Positions 61,620-64,000 of a stretch of 64,000 bases of DNA are shown here, one piece after another. The stretch is from Octopus bimaculoides. Taxonomy: Eukaryota. The notes under the pieces are model-generated. The model worked only from the letters and a program-made list of their open reading frames with translations. It was not told where the DNA came from and searched no databases. The position numbers and the translations under genes are program-made. Within the stretch, counting starts at the first letter, position 1, and the number at the start of each line of letters is the position of its first letter. The DNA is taken from positions 15,380,023 through 15,444,022 of the forward strand of contig NC_068998.1 of assembly GCF_001194135.2 (NCBI RefSeq). Reading direction: 5' to 3'.

Positions 61620-64000
61620 NNNNNNNNNNNNNNNNNNNNNNNNNNNNNNNNNNNNNNNNNNNNNNNCACACACACATATATATGCACATATGGGTACAGG
61701 ACGTCACCAACTGTGTAAACAACGTGAAATACGAAAACAAACGAGTTAAATACACAAACGAAAGAAGAAATGGAAAACAGGACAAGTAAACACAAAGAAA
61801 GGACCCTTTATCAGTTGTCGGCTGTCTATCTACTCCTCATTTCAAGCATTCGACGACAATATGAGTCTTCAAAGGCAGTTACTCCCATAAATTCCAAAAT
61901 AAAATTTAGGATTGATGGAGGGTCAAAGTTGGGAACAAAAACAGGATGTGTGAAGACATACAAGGAAACCAAATGAAAACAAACATGGAGGGTATTAGAC
62001 CAGAACAAGAGGAAAATAGTGAACGCTGGGAGAAATATCTTCTTTGAAAAGAGAAAAGATAGAAGAGAGAAAGAAAACATCCAGTCCTTTGAATGTCCAT
62101 GCAGGAAAAGAAAGATGGCATTCAGCTATAGAAATCATGCCAAAGCTGACATTGGAGCTCTGTGGATTGCTGAATGCTTTCAAACTGTTCGACCCTTGTC
62201 AGTATGGAAAACAAACAGATGATGATGATGATGTTAATGATATTGATGATGATGAAGATGATGATGGATTCAACCTAGAAGAATTCATCTTTATGCGGTA
62301 ATACACTAAAACAAAAGTTGTTGACATTTTTAACATGGGCCTCCTTGATTTACTGAATCTTTACATGGACCTCTTGAGCAGAAAGATCAATGAAACTAAA
62401 CTAAAAATTAAACAGACTGAATTAAACTAGCTATCAAACAATGCAACCTAATTGAAAACAATTAAAATAAATAAATATGCATGAACACATTACTGACAAG
62501 CCCTAATATTCAAAACTACTCTAATATGTGATAGATTATGTTTCTGTGGACCACAGAAAGATTTTGTCATAGACCACCTGTTGAGAATTGAAGAACAAGA
62601 ATATATTGGTTCAGTACTGCAGGCTACTGAAACGCTTTCCAATTTTATAACATTATAATTACTTACAGCGGTGAAGAATGTCTCCTGTAGTTCCTGTTTA
62701 CTGCTATGTTGACCAGGCTATGGTAAAGGGTAAAGAACCTCTTCAATCATGAACAACCATGGGATTGCACCTAGAAAGTTCCCCTCTGAGGCACAAGTCT
62801 GGGCAAGGTTGTTTGTGGAAGAGCAGCAGTCGCCCATGCATGTCGGCCTCCCCTCCCCATGCCACTGATGTTATCCAAGGAAAAGACAAACGCTGGTACA
62901 GCTTGGCACCAGTGACATCACAACTCATTTCAACAGCTGAGTGAACTGGAGCAACGTGAAATAAAGTGACTTGCTCTAGAACACAACGCACAACCCGGTC
63001 TGGGAATCAAACTCACTACCTCATAATTGTGAGCCCAGTGCTCTAACTACTGAGCTATGCACCTTCACAGGCTAAGGTCTACGTTGCATTAAACAGAGAC
63101 TATTCTATGGTACCTGTTGTCTTAACCAGAAAAGCAATGCTGAGTAAAATAAAAATCGTCAGATCAACAAAAACTTTCATCTTCACTATTACTATGTAAA
63201 AGTGGTAGACACATAACAAGTTAGCAAGTTCTGAATAAACTGAATCAACAGAGAAGTTTCAATGTGTTTGTAATTATTTCGTTTCAACAGACTGGCCTGA
63301 GAACAAGATTAATGCCACAACTTCTCAATTTACTTCCCTTTCCCAAGACTCTAAAACCTTATATTTAGAAAACAAAGAACAGGAGATTTTCAGAAATGCA
63401 AACTCAAACCTCCAAGAAAATATTAGCAGTATTTTGCCCCCAACTGGTGTATTTTCTGTATGGTTTAACAGGTTTTTACTAACTACTAATAGGCTGCAAT
63501 GGTTGATATTAATATTATATAATGTTAAATGAATGCAATAGACTGGGAAAGACACAGGTTATACTGCTTGCCATGATTCTGTTTGCTTAACAAATCCTCA
63601 CAGAAAATATCTATTTATGTTGCAATCTATTCCATCAAAGAAAGACAAGGCCATCGCTTTAAACAAATAAGCTACTGACATTACATTGAGCTGAAACACA
63701 AGCCAGAGGAAGATAAATTAAAAAGTTTTATTACTTAAATGCCAACGAATAAAAGCTCTTGCTCAATATTGATTTTAACATTGGCAAACGGCCATAAATT
63801 TGGGGTAGAAGGATCGGTTGATAGAATCGACTCCAAGACTTGACTGGTACTCATTTTATCTACTTCAAAGAATGATAGCCAAAGCCAACTTTGACATGTT
63901 TTAAATCCCTAGAATATAAAGAATCGTAACTAAATATCGCAAAGCATTTTTGCTCGTCGCTCTACCGATTTTGATAATCCATCAACCTTGCTCAATATTA

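Noticed and set aside
61670-62060. Repeat-like segment after a TA gap with ORFs of 60-85 aa and a ctgataa motif
   Set aside because: The ORFs have no recognisable domain and no hammerhead could be completed; probably an interspersed repeat I cannot classify

Overview
AT-rich animal genomic DNA, very probably octopus: the SINE and microsatellite landscape looks cephalopod (inference, no database search run). Two spliced protein-coding genes lie tail-to-tail. (1) On the minus strand is a USP8 (UBPy) deubiquitinase orthologue. I read 22 coding exons by hand with consistent splice phases, from ATG at 57120 to TAA at 14242. They encode MIT, rhodanese, two STAM-SH3-binding motifs, WW, a 14-3-3 motif and the USP catalytic domain. 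One ~89-nt exon carrying the catalytic Asp region is not visible and almost certainly lies in the N-gap at 15824-16184. (2) On the plus strand are the last 8 exons (427-11954) of an unidentified coiled-coil protein. Introns are packed with several SINE families, RTE and R4/Dong-type LINE fragments, hAT, piggyBac-like, mariner and Helentron-like non-autonomous elements, and a truncated Tc1. The most unusual object is a ~190-bp element at 25848-26035: perfect 45-bp inverted repeats enclosing a Penelope-type minimal hammerhead-ribozyme motif. Repeat boundaries are approximate; family names A-E are my own labels.
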